In this document: positions 18,221 to 28,169 of the stretch, one piece after another
How the letters are laid out: every line of letters begins with the position of its first letter
How positions within the stretch are numbered: position 1 is the first letter of the stretch
Source: Bryobacteraceae bacterium
Lineage (GTDB): Bacteria; Acidobacteriota; Terriglobia; Bryobacterales; Bryobacteraceae
DNA: 64,000 bases
NCBI GenBank assembly: GCA_035632375.1
Contig: DASQGY010000037.1
Span: 5,610-69,609 of the forward strand
Direction of reading: 5' to 3'
Made by a program: the position numbers and the translations under genes
The notes under the pieces: model-generated
What the model was told of the DNA's origin: nothing
What the model saw: the letters and a program-made list of their open reading frames with translations, nothing else
Databases searched by the model: none

Positions 18221-18673
18221 ATGCCTTACTGTTGCCAATGCGGACAGACGGTCGGGGGCCATGACGTGTTTTGTGCCGGATGCGGCGCACGCCAACCCCT
18301 GCAGAAGCCCGCGACGGATTACACCTACGGCATCACTCCGCGAACTGCCTCCCTGCTCTGCTATATCCCCGTGGTGGGCTGGGTAGTGGCGATTGTAGTG
18401 CTGGCCTCGCAACGGTTTCGCAACGACACGCGGGTGCGCTTCAATGCGTTCCAAGCCTTGTATCTTTTCGTCGCTTGGTTGATCGTGGATTGGGTGGTGA
18501 GTCCTATGATGCATATCCCAGGCATCGGTTTCTACAGGGTATTGCCGGCGCTCTTGCAAGTGACTATGCTGTGCGCGTGGATCTTTATGATCATCAAGAC
18601 GGCGCACGATGAGGTCTACAAGCTGCCGATCTTGGGGGAACTGGCTGAGAAGTCGGTTTCCGAGCAGCGGTAA
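18221..18673 (+). CDS. Zinc-ribbon plus DUF4870-like membrane protein
   Basis: N-terminal CxxC...CxxC ribbon (CCQCGQTVGGHDVFCAGCG), then TM helices with the DUF4870-like pattern LCYIPVVGWVVAIVVL...RFNAFQALYLF. Confidence 0.65.
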   Translation: MPYCCQCGQTVGGHDVFCAGCGARQPLQKPATDYTYGITPRTASLLCYIPVVGWVVAIVVLASQRFRNDTRVRFNAFQALYLFVAWLIVDWVVSPMMHIPGIGFYRVLPALLQVTMLCAWIFMIIKTAHDEVYKLPILGELAEKSVSEQR

Positions 18674-18682
18674 TCGTCCGTC

Positions 18683-20083
18683 TTACCTGGTCGCCGGAGC
18701 GATCTGCTGTAAGGTTTCCGGCATGTCGGCCAGGATGTACGCCATCACCGCCATCGCTGCGATGTTGGCGCGCAGGTCTTCGAGCTTCACTTTGTCGGTG
18801 GTGTCGGCACGGGAGTGGTGCCAGTCGAAATAATGCGCTCCAGTTGTGCGGACGGCCAGGCCTGGGACACCGTCGCGCATCAATGGGGCGATATCCGCGC
18901 CGCCACCGCCGGGTTGGATGGAACCGGCGTCGATCCGGTCCAGTAGCCTCCCGATTTCCCGCACTTTGGCCAGCGCTGCTTGTCCATCGCCTAGACCGGT
19001 GACGCCGAACCCGACAGGTTTCTCCGCGCCGCCGTCCATTTCAATGGCGGCTACGTGGTTGCGGATTTGATCGCCAACCCACTCGCGGTAGGCGACTCCG
19101 CCCGCGCCGCCGTTCTCTTCGTTGGTCCAGAAGACGACGCGCAGGGTACGGCGTGGCTTGAGTCCGAGCTTGTGGATCAGGTGCACGGCTTCGAGCGCAG
19201 TGATGATGCCGGACCCATCGTCCTGCGCGCCCGCGCCGACATCCCAGGAATCGATGTGGCCGCCGATGACCACCACTTCCTCGGGCTTCTCGCGGCCGGG
19301 AATTTCACCGATCACGTTCGCGGAATCGGCGTCGGGGAGCGAACGCGCTTCCATCTCCAGGTGAACACTGACGGAGTTGCCGGCGTCGGTGAGGCGTTGG
19401 ATCAGCGTGGCGTCTTCGATGGTGACGGCGGCGGCGGGAATCTTCGGATCGGCATCCGCATATTCCAGCGCGCCGGTATGCGGCGATTGCAAACTGACCG
19501 GCGTGATGGATCGCACCAACACCGCGACCGCGCCTAGCCGCGCTGCACGGGATGCGCCGCTATGCCGGTAAACCACCGTCCGGCCGTAACCCTGGTAAAT
19601 AACATTAAAGAGAACGATTTTGCCCTGAATTCCAGCGCGGCCTTTCCTCTCCAGCTCATCGAAGTTCGAAACCGTCACGACTTCGGCGGTGATGCCTCTC
19701 TTCGGAGTGGCGACGCTGCCGCCGAGGCCGAGGATGGACAGAGGCTTGCTAACCGGTTCCACCAGCGCAGCGCTTTCGTTCCCGCGCACCCAGTGTGGGA
19801 CCTTGACGCGCGGGGTAACGACGTTCGAAAGGCCGTCCTCTTTCATCTGCGCGGCGGCCCAGGCGATAGCCTTCTCCAAGCCGGGCGATCCGCTGAGTCG
19901 ATTGCCGATACGGTCGCAAAGATAGGAGAGCTTGTCCATTCCACCTTGGTCGGTGAGGGCGGCGTCGATGAGTTTGTTCGCGGTCGCGCGATATTGTTCG
20001 GTGAGACTCGGGGTGTCTTGAGCGAGCAGGTAGGGCGCGAGCGCGACCGCCGCGATAGGGATTAGGATTGCACGGGACATCAA
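18683..20083 (-). CDS. Peptidase M28 family aminopeptidase with PA domain
   Basis: Signal peptide; M28 zinc-ligand block VVIGGHIDSWDVGAGAQDDGSGIITALEA and a later FWTNEENGGAG. Confidence 0.88.
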   Translation of the reverse strand: MMSRAILIPIAAVALAPYLLAQDTPSLTEQYRATANKLIDAALTDQGGMDKLSYLCDRIGNRLSGSPGLEKAIAWAAAQMKEDGLSNVVTPRVKVPHWVRGNESAALVEPVSKPLSILGLGGSVATPKRGITAEVVTVSNFDELERKGRAGIQGKIVLFNVIYQGYGRTVVYRHSGASRAARLGAVAVLVRSITPVSLQSPHTGALEYADADPKIPAAAVTIEDATLIQRLTDAGNSVSVHLEMEARSLPDADSANVIGEIPGREKPEEVVVIGGHIDSWDVGAGAQDDGSGIITALEAVHLIHKLGLKPRRTLRVVFWTNEENGGAGGVAYREWVGDQIRNHVAAIEMDGGAEKPVGFGVTGLGDGQAALAKVREIGRLLDRIDAGSIQPGGGGADIAPLMRDGVPGLAVRTTGAHYFDWHHSRADTTDKVKLEDLRANIAAMAVMAYILADMPETLQQIAPATR

Positions 20084-20102
20084 GGGTACAGAATAGCAGT
20101 GC

Positions 20103-21608
20103 TCAGCTTACCGCCGCGAGTTCGTAGAGGTACTCGACATGGGAACGAGCCGCGCCGGCCATGCCCTGAATCTTCGGATTCTTCGATTCGATGACGTAGT
20201 ACTCGTCCGGAGCGTGAGCGCCGCTGCCGTGACCGAGGCCGAAGTGGCCGGCGGGCAGCCGCAGCGGATCGCCGGTGAACACGTATCCGGGCCAGGAACC
20301 CGCCATGCGTGGCCACAGCATGGGATCGATCCCCGCGCGGCGATAGACGGCGGTGGCGGCGCGGACCAGGGCGGCGTCGGCGGGAGTACTGGTGGGATCG
20401 TACCCGCCGGTCATGTTCACTTCAATATCGGCGAACCCGTGTTTCGCGAGATGCGCTTTCAGCGCGGCCAGGGCGCCCGCCGCTGTCATGTCAGGCACCA
20501 AGCGCAGGTCGAGCTTTGCAACGGCGCGATGCGGCGTGATGGTCTTGCCGCCAGGGCCGGTGTAGCCACCGACCAGTCCTTCGATGTTCACAGTCGGTTT
20601 GGAAACCAGCAGCTCCAGGGCTTCCAAGAAATCGACATCGTGCACCCAGCGCTGAACCCCGAGCTGCTTCTTGATGGTCTGTTCGTTCATGCGTCGCGAC
20701 GCTTCGCGAATCATGGCCTTCTCGGTAGCGCTCAACGGGCGCGCTTTGTCGGCGTAACCTTCGATGGCAGGCGTGTGGCCGTCGGGGGCGACCAGCGTGT
20801 TCAGGGCCTGCACCAGGTGCCACGCGGGACTGTCCACGCGCGCTTCGTTGCTCGAGTGCAGATCGGCTTTCGGCCCGCGCCCCCAGCGCTCGCCGCTGGA
20901 CACCAGCTCCAGTTCGACGACGCCCTTCGCGCCCAGGTTGATGGACACAGTGCCATCGAGCGACTGCATGCCCATGGCCATGAACACGCCGCTGCACTTG
21001 CGCAGCACGGCCAGGATTTCCGGTTTGTGGACTACCTGCGGAAAGTGCGGTGAGCCGATCTCTTCCTCGCCCTCGGCCACGAATACCAGGTTCACCGGCA
21101 GCTTGCGCCCGGCGTATTTGAAAGCGTTCAGCGCCGCGAGCAGCGTAGCCTCGGGTCCCTTTTGATTGGTTGCCCCGCGGCCGACGAGTACTTTGCCGAG
21201 GCCGGGCTTGTCCACCAGCGTGGCGTCCCATGGCGGCGACGACCACTCGGCGGGATCGGCCTGCTTCACGTCGTACATGAAGTAGAGGCCCATGGTACGC
21301 GGCGCGCCGGCGTCGAGCGTGGCGAAGATACCGGGCTGTCCGTCGGTGGGAACTTTCGTGACCTTGTCGAATCCTGCTTCGCGCAGGAAGCGCATGGTGA
21401 GATCGCAGCCTTCGTTCATGCCGCGATTTTCGGCGGCGATGGAGGGCTGGCGGATCCATTCCTGCAGGCGGTGGACGGCTTCGTCGTGATGCTTTTCGAT
21501 TTCCGCGTGGATCGCGTTTACATCGGAGGCGCTTGCGGCCTTGGACGGCCGAGCGGCGAGCGCGGCTCCGGCAACTGCGGTCTGAAGGAATGTTCGTCGA
21601 TCGATCAT
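20103..21608 (-). CDS. Peptidase M20 family (dipeptidase-like), Tat-type signal
   Basis: Twin-arginine-like N-terminus MIDRRTFLQTAVAGAALAA; M20 blocks GRGATNQKGP and FVAEGEEEIGSPHF. Confidence 0.88.
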   Translation of the reverse strand: MIDRRTFLQTAVAGAALAARPSKAASASDVNAIHAEIEKHHDEAVHRLQEWIRQPSIAAENRGMNEGCDLTMRFLREAGFDKVTKVPTDGQPGIFATLDAGAPRTMGLYFMYDVKQADPAEWSSPPWDATLVDKPGLGKVLVGRGATNQKGPEATLLAALNAFKYAGRKLPVNLVFVAEGEEEIGSPHFPQVVHKPEILAVLRKCSGVFMAMGMQSLDGTVSINLGAKGVVELELVSSGERWGRGPKADLHSSNEARVDSPAWHLVQALNTLVAPDGHTPAIEGYADKARPLSATEKAMIREASRRMNEQTIKKQLGVQRWVHDVDFLEALELLVSKPTVNIEGLVGGYTGPGGKTITPHRAVAKLDLRLVPDMTAAGALAALKAHLAKHGFADIEVNMTGGYDPTSTPADAALVRAATAVYRRAGIDPMLWPRMAGSWPGYVFTGDPLRLPAGHFGLGHGSGAHAPDEYYVIESKNPKIQGMAGAARSHVEYLYELAAVS

Positions 21609-21679
21609 GGCGTTGATTATGCGCCGTGCATCGACAGGGGGTCAAGTGGATGTGGGGGTTGTTATCAATCGCGCTAGGC

Positions 21680-21721
21680 CACAGACTAAGAGTCTGTGTT
21701 TGCACAAGCTAAAGCATGTGC
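21680..21721. repeat. Two intergenic hairpins of the CACAG-type family
   Basis: CACAGAC-taaga-GTCTGTG (21680-21698) and GCACAAGC-taaa-GCATGTGC (21702-21721, one mismatch). The preceding GGCCACAGACT is shared with 9165-9175. Confidence 0.6.
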
Positions 21722-21787
21722 CACCACTTGCTGCTGTGCGTGTTGAAATGTACAAACACCAGGCACATCCGCGCGATCGTCTTGCGC

Positions 21788-24700
21788 TTACTTGGTGACG
21801 CGCTTCGGTTTCTGCGCGGCTGCGGGATAAGGCTTGTTGCCCATCATCCCTTTCCAGAGAATGTGGTTGAACTCTGCGGGATCGACCAGGTCTGCATCCG
21901 TGAAGTCCATGCCCTTGGTCACCCGAGCCCAGTACTTGGCGTCGTGCCTCGGCTTGGGCACCTTCAGGCCGAGAGGTCTGGGCGGCAGCATAAGCTGGGT
22001 GTTGTAGAGATACGCCGAAGGTGAAGCCGTAAAGCTCCAGGGGCTCGGCGTCTTGTTCGCCAGGTCGGTGGTATTGAAGACATCCGCCATCGGCTTGCCC
22101 AACGCGTCGTTCAGATTCATCGGGGGAAGGCCTAGAACTTCTTCCATGGTGCGTACGAAATCGATCGTGTTGTATTGCGTGGAGACCACCGCTCCCTGCT
22201 TCACATAAGCACCAATGATAAATGCGGGACAGCGATGCGAATCCACGTGGTCGCCGCCGTCCTGCGCATCGTCTTCCACTATGAAGATCAGCGTGTCGCT
22301 CGCGTATCTGCTGTTGGCGATCTTCTGCACGAGCAGGCCGACGGCATAATCGTTGTCGGCTACCTGTAGCTCCGGAGTATTCACGCCGTCCATGGCGGCC
22401 GGCGGATTGCCTCCAGGGCCCGATCCCGCCAGCCAGTTTCCGGTGTGATCGTGCATGAAGCGAACCAGGCTCAAGGAAGGCAGACCGCCGCCGGCGTAGT
22501 TGGCATCGAATTCCCGCGCCCATTCCGCGTAGCGATAAAAGTCGGCATACGCGTTGTCGAAACCACGGAAGTATTGATCGGTGAATGGCGCCAGAGCGAC
22601 ATTCGAGGGGATGGCCTGGATCACGCCGGTCTCCGCAGGATTGCGTACCAGCGGGATGTTGTTGGTCGACGTGTTGTAGAGGGTCCCGTCGATGAAGAAT
22701 CCGTAGTTGCGAACCGTAAGACCCGCCCGCAGCGCGTTGTCCCACAAATAGCCGGTATTAATTTCATTGTTTGGCCCATCCGGCGCAGAGGTATCGGTCT
22801 GCCCAGGCAATCGATCCGGATCGTCCGGTGTAAAGGGGTCGGCTTGCTGCCTGGCCGCGAGCGTCGGAATGGCGACGTTCACGTTGCGATTCAAGCCTTC
22901 GGAATCGACACTGAGTCCTCGATATGCGTAGGCGATCGGCCATTGCTTTTGCACCGTATCCGGAGCTTGAGCCGAAGTGCTCCACAACCAGCCGTCCACG
23001 CTTACTTCCGCCGAATCCAGGAAGTTGTCCAGCGTCACAAACTGCCGCGCCAGGCTATGCAGATTCGGCGTTACCAGCTTTCCGAATTCAGTCAATTTCG
23101 GTTCGCCATTGCCTTGTCCCAGGTCGCCGAGGATCTGATCGTAGGTCCGGTTTTCCTTGAGGATGAAAATGACGTGCTTGATGGCATTATGCACCGCACC
23201 CATCACCGCCGCGTCGCTGTCACTCTCTTTGCTGGCAAACCGGTTGTTCAGCGCCACCTGCGCTGTCAGAGACGCGAGCTGCGCCGCATCGGGCAGCGGG
23301 AACATCTGCAGGCCGGCTTTCGTCAACTGTGGATTGTACTGATTCGCCGGTCCGCAATTTGGTCCGGCCTGTGGACCATAGCCTCCGTAGCACCATTGGC
23401 CATTCGATCCGGTGGGCGATTTCGCATTCACCACATACATGTACACCGATTCGTTGCCGCTGAAAGTCTCAGTGTTCGGATACCAGTTGAAGCTCACCGA
23501 ATTCGGATACCAACCGGTAGGAATCAGACCAACCACATGGTCGCCGCTATTGGTTCCCGACAGCGCGATCACCGAGACACAATTCAGGTTGCCATTGGTC
23601 ACGTAAAGCTGTTTCTCATCCGGCGAAAGCGTCACACTGTTCGGATTGGCGCCCTTATATTGCGCGAGCCCGGATGGCAGCAATGGCGCAATTACCGCAA
23701 TGGTTTCGACAATGGCGTTCTTCACGGTGTCGATTACATCCACCGTATCCGACTGGTCTTCGGCGACGTAGAGCAGCGACTGGGCCGCGTTCAGCGTCAT
23801 CTTGTTTGGTTGGCCCTTCACGGGAATCCGGCCCACCACCGCCGGAATCCGGCCCAGGCTCACGATATCGATCTCGCGGTCGCGCTCGCTGGAGATGTAC
23901 GCCATCGCGCTCATGCCCGTGCCCTTGATTACCACCCAAAATGGATATTCGCCGCCCGGCACACCGGCCTTCGCGGGGTCGCTCTTGCCAGGACGCAGGT
24001 CGACATCCGTCCCCGGCGACCAGTTGGCGAAGCCACCGTAGCATCTGCTGAAAATGGTGACGGAGTCGTTGTAGTAATTCACCACTACCAGTGTCTTGCC
24101 GTCACTCGAAATCGCCACGCCGGCCGCGCACGCCGTCACTCCCACCTGGCTGTTGATAGGCGCTGGTCCGGGCGTAGTTGCGTTCAGGCCAAGGCCCTGG
24201 AAATTGTGCTTCAGGAAAAGAGGTAGATTCTTGCTCTCGTCCCACTGACCGGCCGCGTTCAGGGTAAAGACATGAACCACGTCATCGGGTCCGCCGGCTA
24301 CATAGAAAGCCTGCCCGGTTGGATCGAAGACGATGCCGTTGAAGGTACTGGTGAAGACGAAATTGGGAACCGGGAACCGAATCGGAACAACTTGCTTCAG
24401 TGTCTGCTTCGGCGTCGAGATATCGTAGACGAACACGTACTCAGTTGAGTCAGGCAGATACCAGGAGGCGAGTCCCGGTGTTCCCACTGGTTCCGGCGGG
24501 TGTTCGAATTTGTAGAGGCGATTGAACCCGCTGGTCAAAACAAGCAGAGTATTGCGATCCGGACTTACCACGGTGGTAACAGCTTGGGAAGCGAGCCAAT
24601 TTGGATAGTCGGCCAAGCCGGGGTTCAAGCCTTGGAAGGTGGAACCCGCGGGCGCATACGGCGTGATCTGTTGGCCCATGTTGGGCACGTCCTGTGGGGC

Positions 24701-24796
24701 TGGCTGCTGCGCCTGAGCCAACGCGCCCGAAACTCCCCACATCAGCGTCAGGGCGACCACTACAAACGCAAAACGCCCACAAAGCTTTCTTGTCAT
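21788..24796 (-). CDS. Secreted bifunctional beta-propeller (YncE/YVTN-like) plus phosphoesterase-family (PLC/AcpA-like) protein
   Basis: 1002 aa with a signal peptide. The N-terminal half has repeated beta-propeller-like units (YVAGGPDD, LYVAEDQSDTVDVID, LYVTNGNLNCVSVI). The C-terminal half has the phosphoesterase motif HVIFILKENRTYDQILGDL and ...FIVEDDAQDGGDHVDSHR. Confidence 0.8.
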   Translation of the reverse strand: MTRKLCGRFAFVVVALTLMWGVSGALAQAQQPAPQDVPNMGQQITPYAPAGSTFQGLNPGLADYPNWLASQAVTTVVSPDRNTLLVLTSGFNRLYKFEHPPEPVGTPGLASWYLPDSTEYVFVYDISTPKQTLKQVVPIRFPVPNFVFTSTFNGIVFDPTGQAFYVAGGPDDVVHVFTLNAAGQWDESKNLPLFLKHNFQGLGLNATTPGPAPINSQVGVTACAAGVAISSDGKTLVVVNYYNDSVTIFSRCYGGFANWSPGTDVDLRPGKSDPAKAGVPGGEYPFWVVIKGTGMSAMAYISSERDREIDIVSLGRIPAVVGRIPVKGQPNKMTLNAAQSLLYVAEDQSDTVDVIDTVKNAIVETIAVIAPLLPSGLAQYKGANPNSVTLSPDEKQLYVTNGNLNCVSVIALSGTNSGDHVVGLIPTGWYPNSVSFNWYPNTETFSGNESVYMYVVNAKSPTGSNGQWCYGGYGPQAGPNCGPANQYNPQLTKAGLQMFPLPDAAQLASLTAQVALNNRFASKESDSDAAVMGAVHNAIKHVIFILKENRTYDQILGDLGQGNGEPKLTEFGKLVTPNLHSLARQFVTLDNFLDSAEVSVDGWLWSTSAQAPDTVQKQWPIAYAYRGLSVDSEGLNRNVNVAIPTLAARQQADPFTPDDPDRLPGQTDTSAPDGPNNEINTGYLWDNALRAGLTVRNYGFFIDGTLYNTSTNNIPLVRNPAETGVIQAIPSNVALAPFTDQYFRGFDNAYADFYRYAEWAREFDANYAGGGLPSLSLVRFMHDHTGNWLAGSGPGGNPPAAMDGVNTPELQVADNDYAVGLLVQKIANSRYASDTLIFIVEDDAQDGGDHVDSHRCPAFIIGAYVKQGAVVSTQYNTIDFVRTMEEVLGLPPMNLNDALGKPMADVFNTTDLANKTPSPWSFTASPSAYLYNTQLMLPPRPLGLKVPKPRHDAKYWARVTKGMDFTDADLVDPAEFNHILWKGMMGNKPYPAAAQKPKRVTK

Positions 24797-25027
24797 TAAG
24801 TCTCCTCGAAGAGATAGGAATGGCCAGCCCGGGGTTAGAGAGGCTGTCTACACAGCATATCGGACACAATTCAGCCTTCGCGCAGGACCTTACTCGAATT
24901 ATTTGGCCTTAGCCCTGGGGGACTCCTGTGGTGTTGTGTGGCTACCACGTCCACACTGTTCCGTAGTACGGATGGCGGGTTGTTAGCGTGGTCCCATAGG
25001 CCTTTCAATTTGATTGTCGAAAGAGAA

Positions 25028-25360
25028 TCACAATATTGGGCCATGGTAGCGACCAGACATGTACACTAACCATAAAATTAGCGCCCATGCCGGATAACTA
25101 AACGCGAATGGGGCCAGACCTATTGCGTAAAAAAGGACGAAACGCTGGTGAGCACTCTTCCTTCGTGCTTGGGAACACAGCCACATGGAAGCGCTTCCGA
25201 ACAGTAGTGGAACATAAGCGACAAATACCTCGCCGATGATTGATTGTGCTTTCATGATGACATGGAAAAAGAACGAGACGATCGCAATGGACGTGGCGTA
25301 GACAAGTAGGGGGCCGGAGCCAGCGAAATCAGGCCGACACTCAAAAGTTCGCACGGTCAA
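25028..25360 (-). CDS. Hypothetical small membrane protein (3-4 TM) in a locally A/T-richer patch
   Basis: 110-aa ORF that is strongly hydrophobic (LLVYATSIAIVSFFFHVIM, VAYVPLLFGSASMWLC, LFYAIGLAPFAFSYPAWALILWLVYM). I recognise no family, and the composition is visibly less GC-rich than the neighbours. Confidence 0.35.
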   Translation of the reverse strand: MTVRTFECRPDFAGSGPLLVYATSIAIVSFFFHVIMKAQSIIGEVFVAYVPLLFGSASMWLCSQARRKSAHQRFVLFYAIGLAPFAFSYPAWALILWLVYMSGRYHGPIL

Positions 25361-25521
25361 AAGCTTCTCCGTTTAACGCCGAGCACCGTTCCGCCGAGTT
25401 AGGCGCTGGAGCGATCTATTACTTTCCCTAGATCTATGTATGATAGCAACACACCGCTTTTGTTATGTTAATTCACGCGAAGGAGCATTTGTATTCGCTC
25501 GTACCAGGTAATTGGCTCGAC

Positions 25522-28023
25522 TCACTCGTAGCGCAGTGCGATGGATGGGTCAACCTTTATCGCACGCCGAGCTGGAACGAAGCACGCCAGCAGGGATATC
25601 AGAGCAAGCAGCGCCGCCACGGCGACGAAAGTTTGCGGATCGGTTGCCGTTACGCCCCACAATTGTGCCGATAGGACATGCGTCACGGCGAGCGATACAA
25701 GTAATCCGAGTGTCAGGCCGCCCAGAATCAACGGCGCTGCCTGGCGCGCCATCAACTTGAGAACGTCCGGCCTGCTCGCTCCGAGCGCCATGCGGAGTCC
25801 GATCTCACGCGTGCGTTGAGCTACAGAAAACGCAATGACACCGTAGATGCCGATAGCGGCGAGCGCCGTGGCCACAACCGAGAAAACGCCCAGCAGCAGC
25901 ATATAGTATCGCGGCTCCTGGAGTTCGTCGGCGAGATATTGTTCCACGGTGTGCACTTCCGACACCGATACATTCGGATTCACTTCGGCGACCGCCTTTT
26001 GCATTGCGGAAGACAGCCTCATGGGGTTGCCGGCGGTACGAATCACGAAGGTCATCTGGACGCGGCTAAATTGATAGGGTCCCCGGTAGCGCATCGGCTG
26101 CTGGACGTGCGGGACGTACATCATCGCTTCCGGTTTGGTCTGCCAATGGCGTGACGTGTCGCGAACCACGGCAATCACTTCGCGCGGGCGCTCGTCGGGA
26201 ACCAGGTCGAGCGTGAGACGCTTGCCGATGGGATCTTCGTTCGGCCAGAATCGGCGGGCCATGGTTTCGTTGATTACCGTGACCCAGGGCGAAGATGCGG
26301 TGTCCCGCGCGGTGAAATCGCGGCCGCGCAGGAGCGGAATCTTCATGGTGGCGAAGAAATTGGGAGTGACCGGAATGAGAGTCGCGCTGTAAGCATCCCG
26401 CTCCGAACCACGATCGGGAACGGGCTGGCCCTCGATCTGGAATGTCAAGCCCGGCGGGCCCTCGGTGAGTGGAACGTAGGCGCTTCCGGCGGCCGATTGC
26501 GCTCCGGGCACTGCACGGATTCGCTGGTATACGCGATCGAACAGCAAGGCCGGCTCCGGGCTGATGTCCAGCAGAGGAAATCCGTGATACGTCCCAACCG
26601 GCTTGGAGTACTGCGGCAACGGGAGACGCAATTGGAAGGTGAGCAATCCGGTGGGGTCGCAACCCATTGCTGTGCGCTGCAATCGAACGAAGCTGTTGAT
26701 CAGCAGACCCGCGCCAACCAGCAAGACCAGCGAGAGCGCAATTTGGGACGCGACCAGTGCGCCCCGTAAGCGCTGGCGGCCGCGGGATGCGCTTGCGCCT
26801 CGCGCCGATTCTTTCAGGCTTTCAACCAAGTCGGGCTTGGACGTCATCAGTGCGGGTGCGAATCCGAAGGCGATGCCCGTGAGGATGGAAACCAAGGCAG
26901 TGAATCCCAGGACGCGAAGGTCGACTCCGATCTCATGCAGCCGGGGAAAATAAGGCGGGCTGAGTGAGACCAGCGCACGCAGTCCCCACCAGGCCAGCAA
27001 GACGCCGAGCGCGCCGCCCAGCAAGGAGAGCAGCATACTTTCGGTGAGAAGTTGACGCACAATGTGTCCCCGGCCAGCGCCGAGCGCCATACGAACCGCC
27101 ACCTCGGTGCGTCGCGAAGAGGCGCGCGCCAGCAGCAGGCCTGCTACGTTGGCGCAGGCGATCAGCAGCACGAACGCCACCGCGCCTTCCAGCACCAACA
27201 ACGGCTGGCGCATCTCTCCGAACAATCCTTCGCGGACAGTCTGGACTCGAATCCCCCAGCCCTTGTTGCGGTCCGGAAAGTCCTTGGCGAGTTGAGCAGC
27301 GACGGCGTCCATCTCGCTTTGTGCCTGACGAATGCCGACTCCCGGTTTCAGGCGAGCGACGACTACAAGGTATCGAGCCGACCCGCTCAATTGAAAATGA
27401 TTGAATCGAATCGGCGACCAGAAATCGGAAACGTCGTCTTCGAAGCGAAACTCCGGCGGCATGACGCCGATGATTGAAGTGTTCACGCCGTCCAGAAGAA
27501 CGGCCTTGCTGAGCACGTTGGGATCGGACGCGAAGCGGCGCTGCCACAGGCGGTGGCTGATCACCATCACCGGCGCGGGTGCGTCAATCGGATCTTCCGC
27601 CGCGGTGAAAACGCGGCCCAGGATGGGTTGCACTCCGAGCGCGGCAAACACTTCCGGCGTCACTTCCTCACCCCGGATTCTTTCCGCAGCCACGCCGTTC
27701 TGCTGCGTTCCAAAATCGCGCTCGTCTTGAGATGCCGCCCCGAGGGTTTCGAAGGCGCGGTTTTGTTTCTGCCAGGCGAAATACTCGGGAACGGAGGCGC
27801 CCCGTGTATCTCGCGGATGCTGCGGGGGCACAGTGGCGACCATCACCACGCGATCCAGGTCGTGATAAGGGAGCGGGCCGAGCAGGATGGTATTGATGAG
27901 GCCGAAGATCGCTGTGTTCGCGCCAATGCCTAGGGCGAGCGAGACAACAGCGGCGGCGGTCAAGCCCGGCCGTTTGAGAAGCATTCGCAAACCGAATGCC
28001 ACATCCTGCCACAGGTTTTTCAT
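25522..28023 (-). CDS. ADOP-family duplicated ABC-transporter permease (MacB-like periplasmic domain plus FtsX, twice)
   Basis: Canonical ADOP N-terminus MKNLWQDVAFGLRMLLKRPGLTAAAVVSLALGIGANTAIFGL; two MacB_PCD/FtsX units; C-terminus ...ARRAIKVDPSIALRYE. The start is moved to Met40 of the track ORF (complement 28021-28023), which is preceded by GGAGAGG. Confidence 0.9.
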   Translation of the reverse strand: MKNLWQDVAFGLRMLLKRPGLTAAAVVSLALGIGANTAIFGLINTILLGPLPYHDLDRVVMVATVPPQHPRDTRGASVPEYFAWQKQNRAFETLGAASQDERDFGTQQNGVAAERIRGEEVTPEVFAALGVQPILGRVFTAAEDPIDAPAPVMVISHRLWQRRFASDPNVLSKAVLLDGVNTSIIGVMPPEFRFEDDVSDFWSPIRFNHFQLSGSARYLVVVARLKPGVGIRQAQSEMDAVAAQLAKDFPDRNKGWGIRVQTVREGLFGEMRQPLLVLEGAVAFVLLIACANVAGLLLARASSRRTEVAVRMALGAGRGHIVRQLLTESMLLSLLGGALGVLLAWWGLRALVSLSPPYFPRLHEIGVDLRVLGFTALVSILTGIAFGFAPALMTSKPDLVESLKESARGASASRGRQRLRGALVASQIALSLVLLVGAGLLINSFVRLQRTAMGCDPTGLLTFQLRLPLPQYSKPVGTYHGFPLLDISPEPALLFDRVYQRIRAVPGAQSAAGSAYVPLTEGPPGLTFQIEGQPVPDRGSERDAYSATLIPVTPNFFATMKIPLLRGRDFTARDTASSPWVTVINETMARRFWPNEDPIGKRLTLDLVPDERPREVIAVVRDTSRHWQTKPEAMMYVPHVQQPMRYRGPYQFSRVQMTFVIRTAGNPMRLSSAMQKAVAEVNPNVSVSEVHTVEQYLADELQEPRYYMLLLGVFSVVATALAAIGIYGVIAFSVAQRTREIGLRMALGASRPDVLKLMARQAAPLILGGLTLGLLVSLAVTHVLSAQLWGVTATDPQTFVAVAALLALISLLACFVPARRAIKVDPSIALRYE

Positions 28024-28097
28024 CGCGCCTCTCCTCAAGACGATAACCGATTCTATAGAGACGTAGGGCGGGGTTCCACGTTTGGGTTGTTTGAAAA

Positions 28098-28140
28098 GGC
28101 CGATTGACAATCGGCCGCAGGATTCCATCCTGCCCCACAC
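28098..28140. repeat. Two-hairpin module GGCCGATT-gaca-AATCGGCC / GCAGGAT-tcc-ATCCTGC followed by CCCACAC
   Basis: Same architecture and GCAGGnT...AnCCTGC-CCCACA tail as at 11403-11426 and 45582-45605. Lies in the divergent promoter region between the ADOP permease and the aminoacylase. Confidence 0.7.
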
Positions 28141-28169
28141 GTCCGGTTCAAATTACAATAGGAATCCTT

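Noticed and set aside
28134-28165. T-loop-like string (CCGGTTCAAAT) and other GGTTCGA-like strings, as possible tRNA genes.
   Set aside because: No acceptor stem or anticodon arm can be built around them. The other occurrences lie inside well-supported CDSs. I found no convincing tRNA or rRNA in the window.
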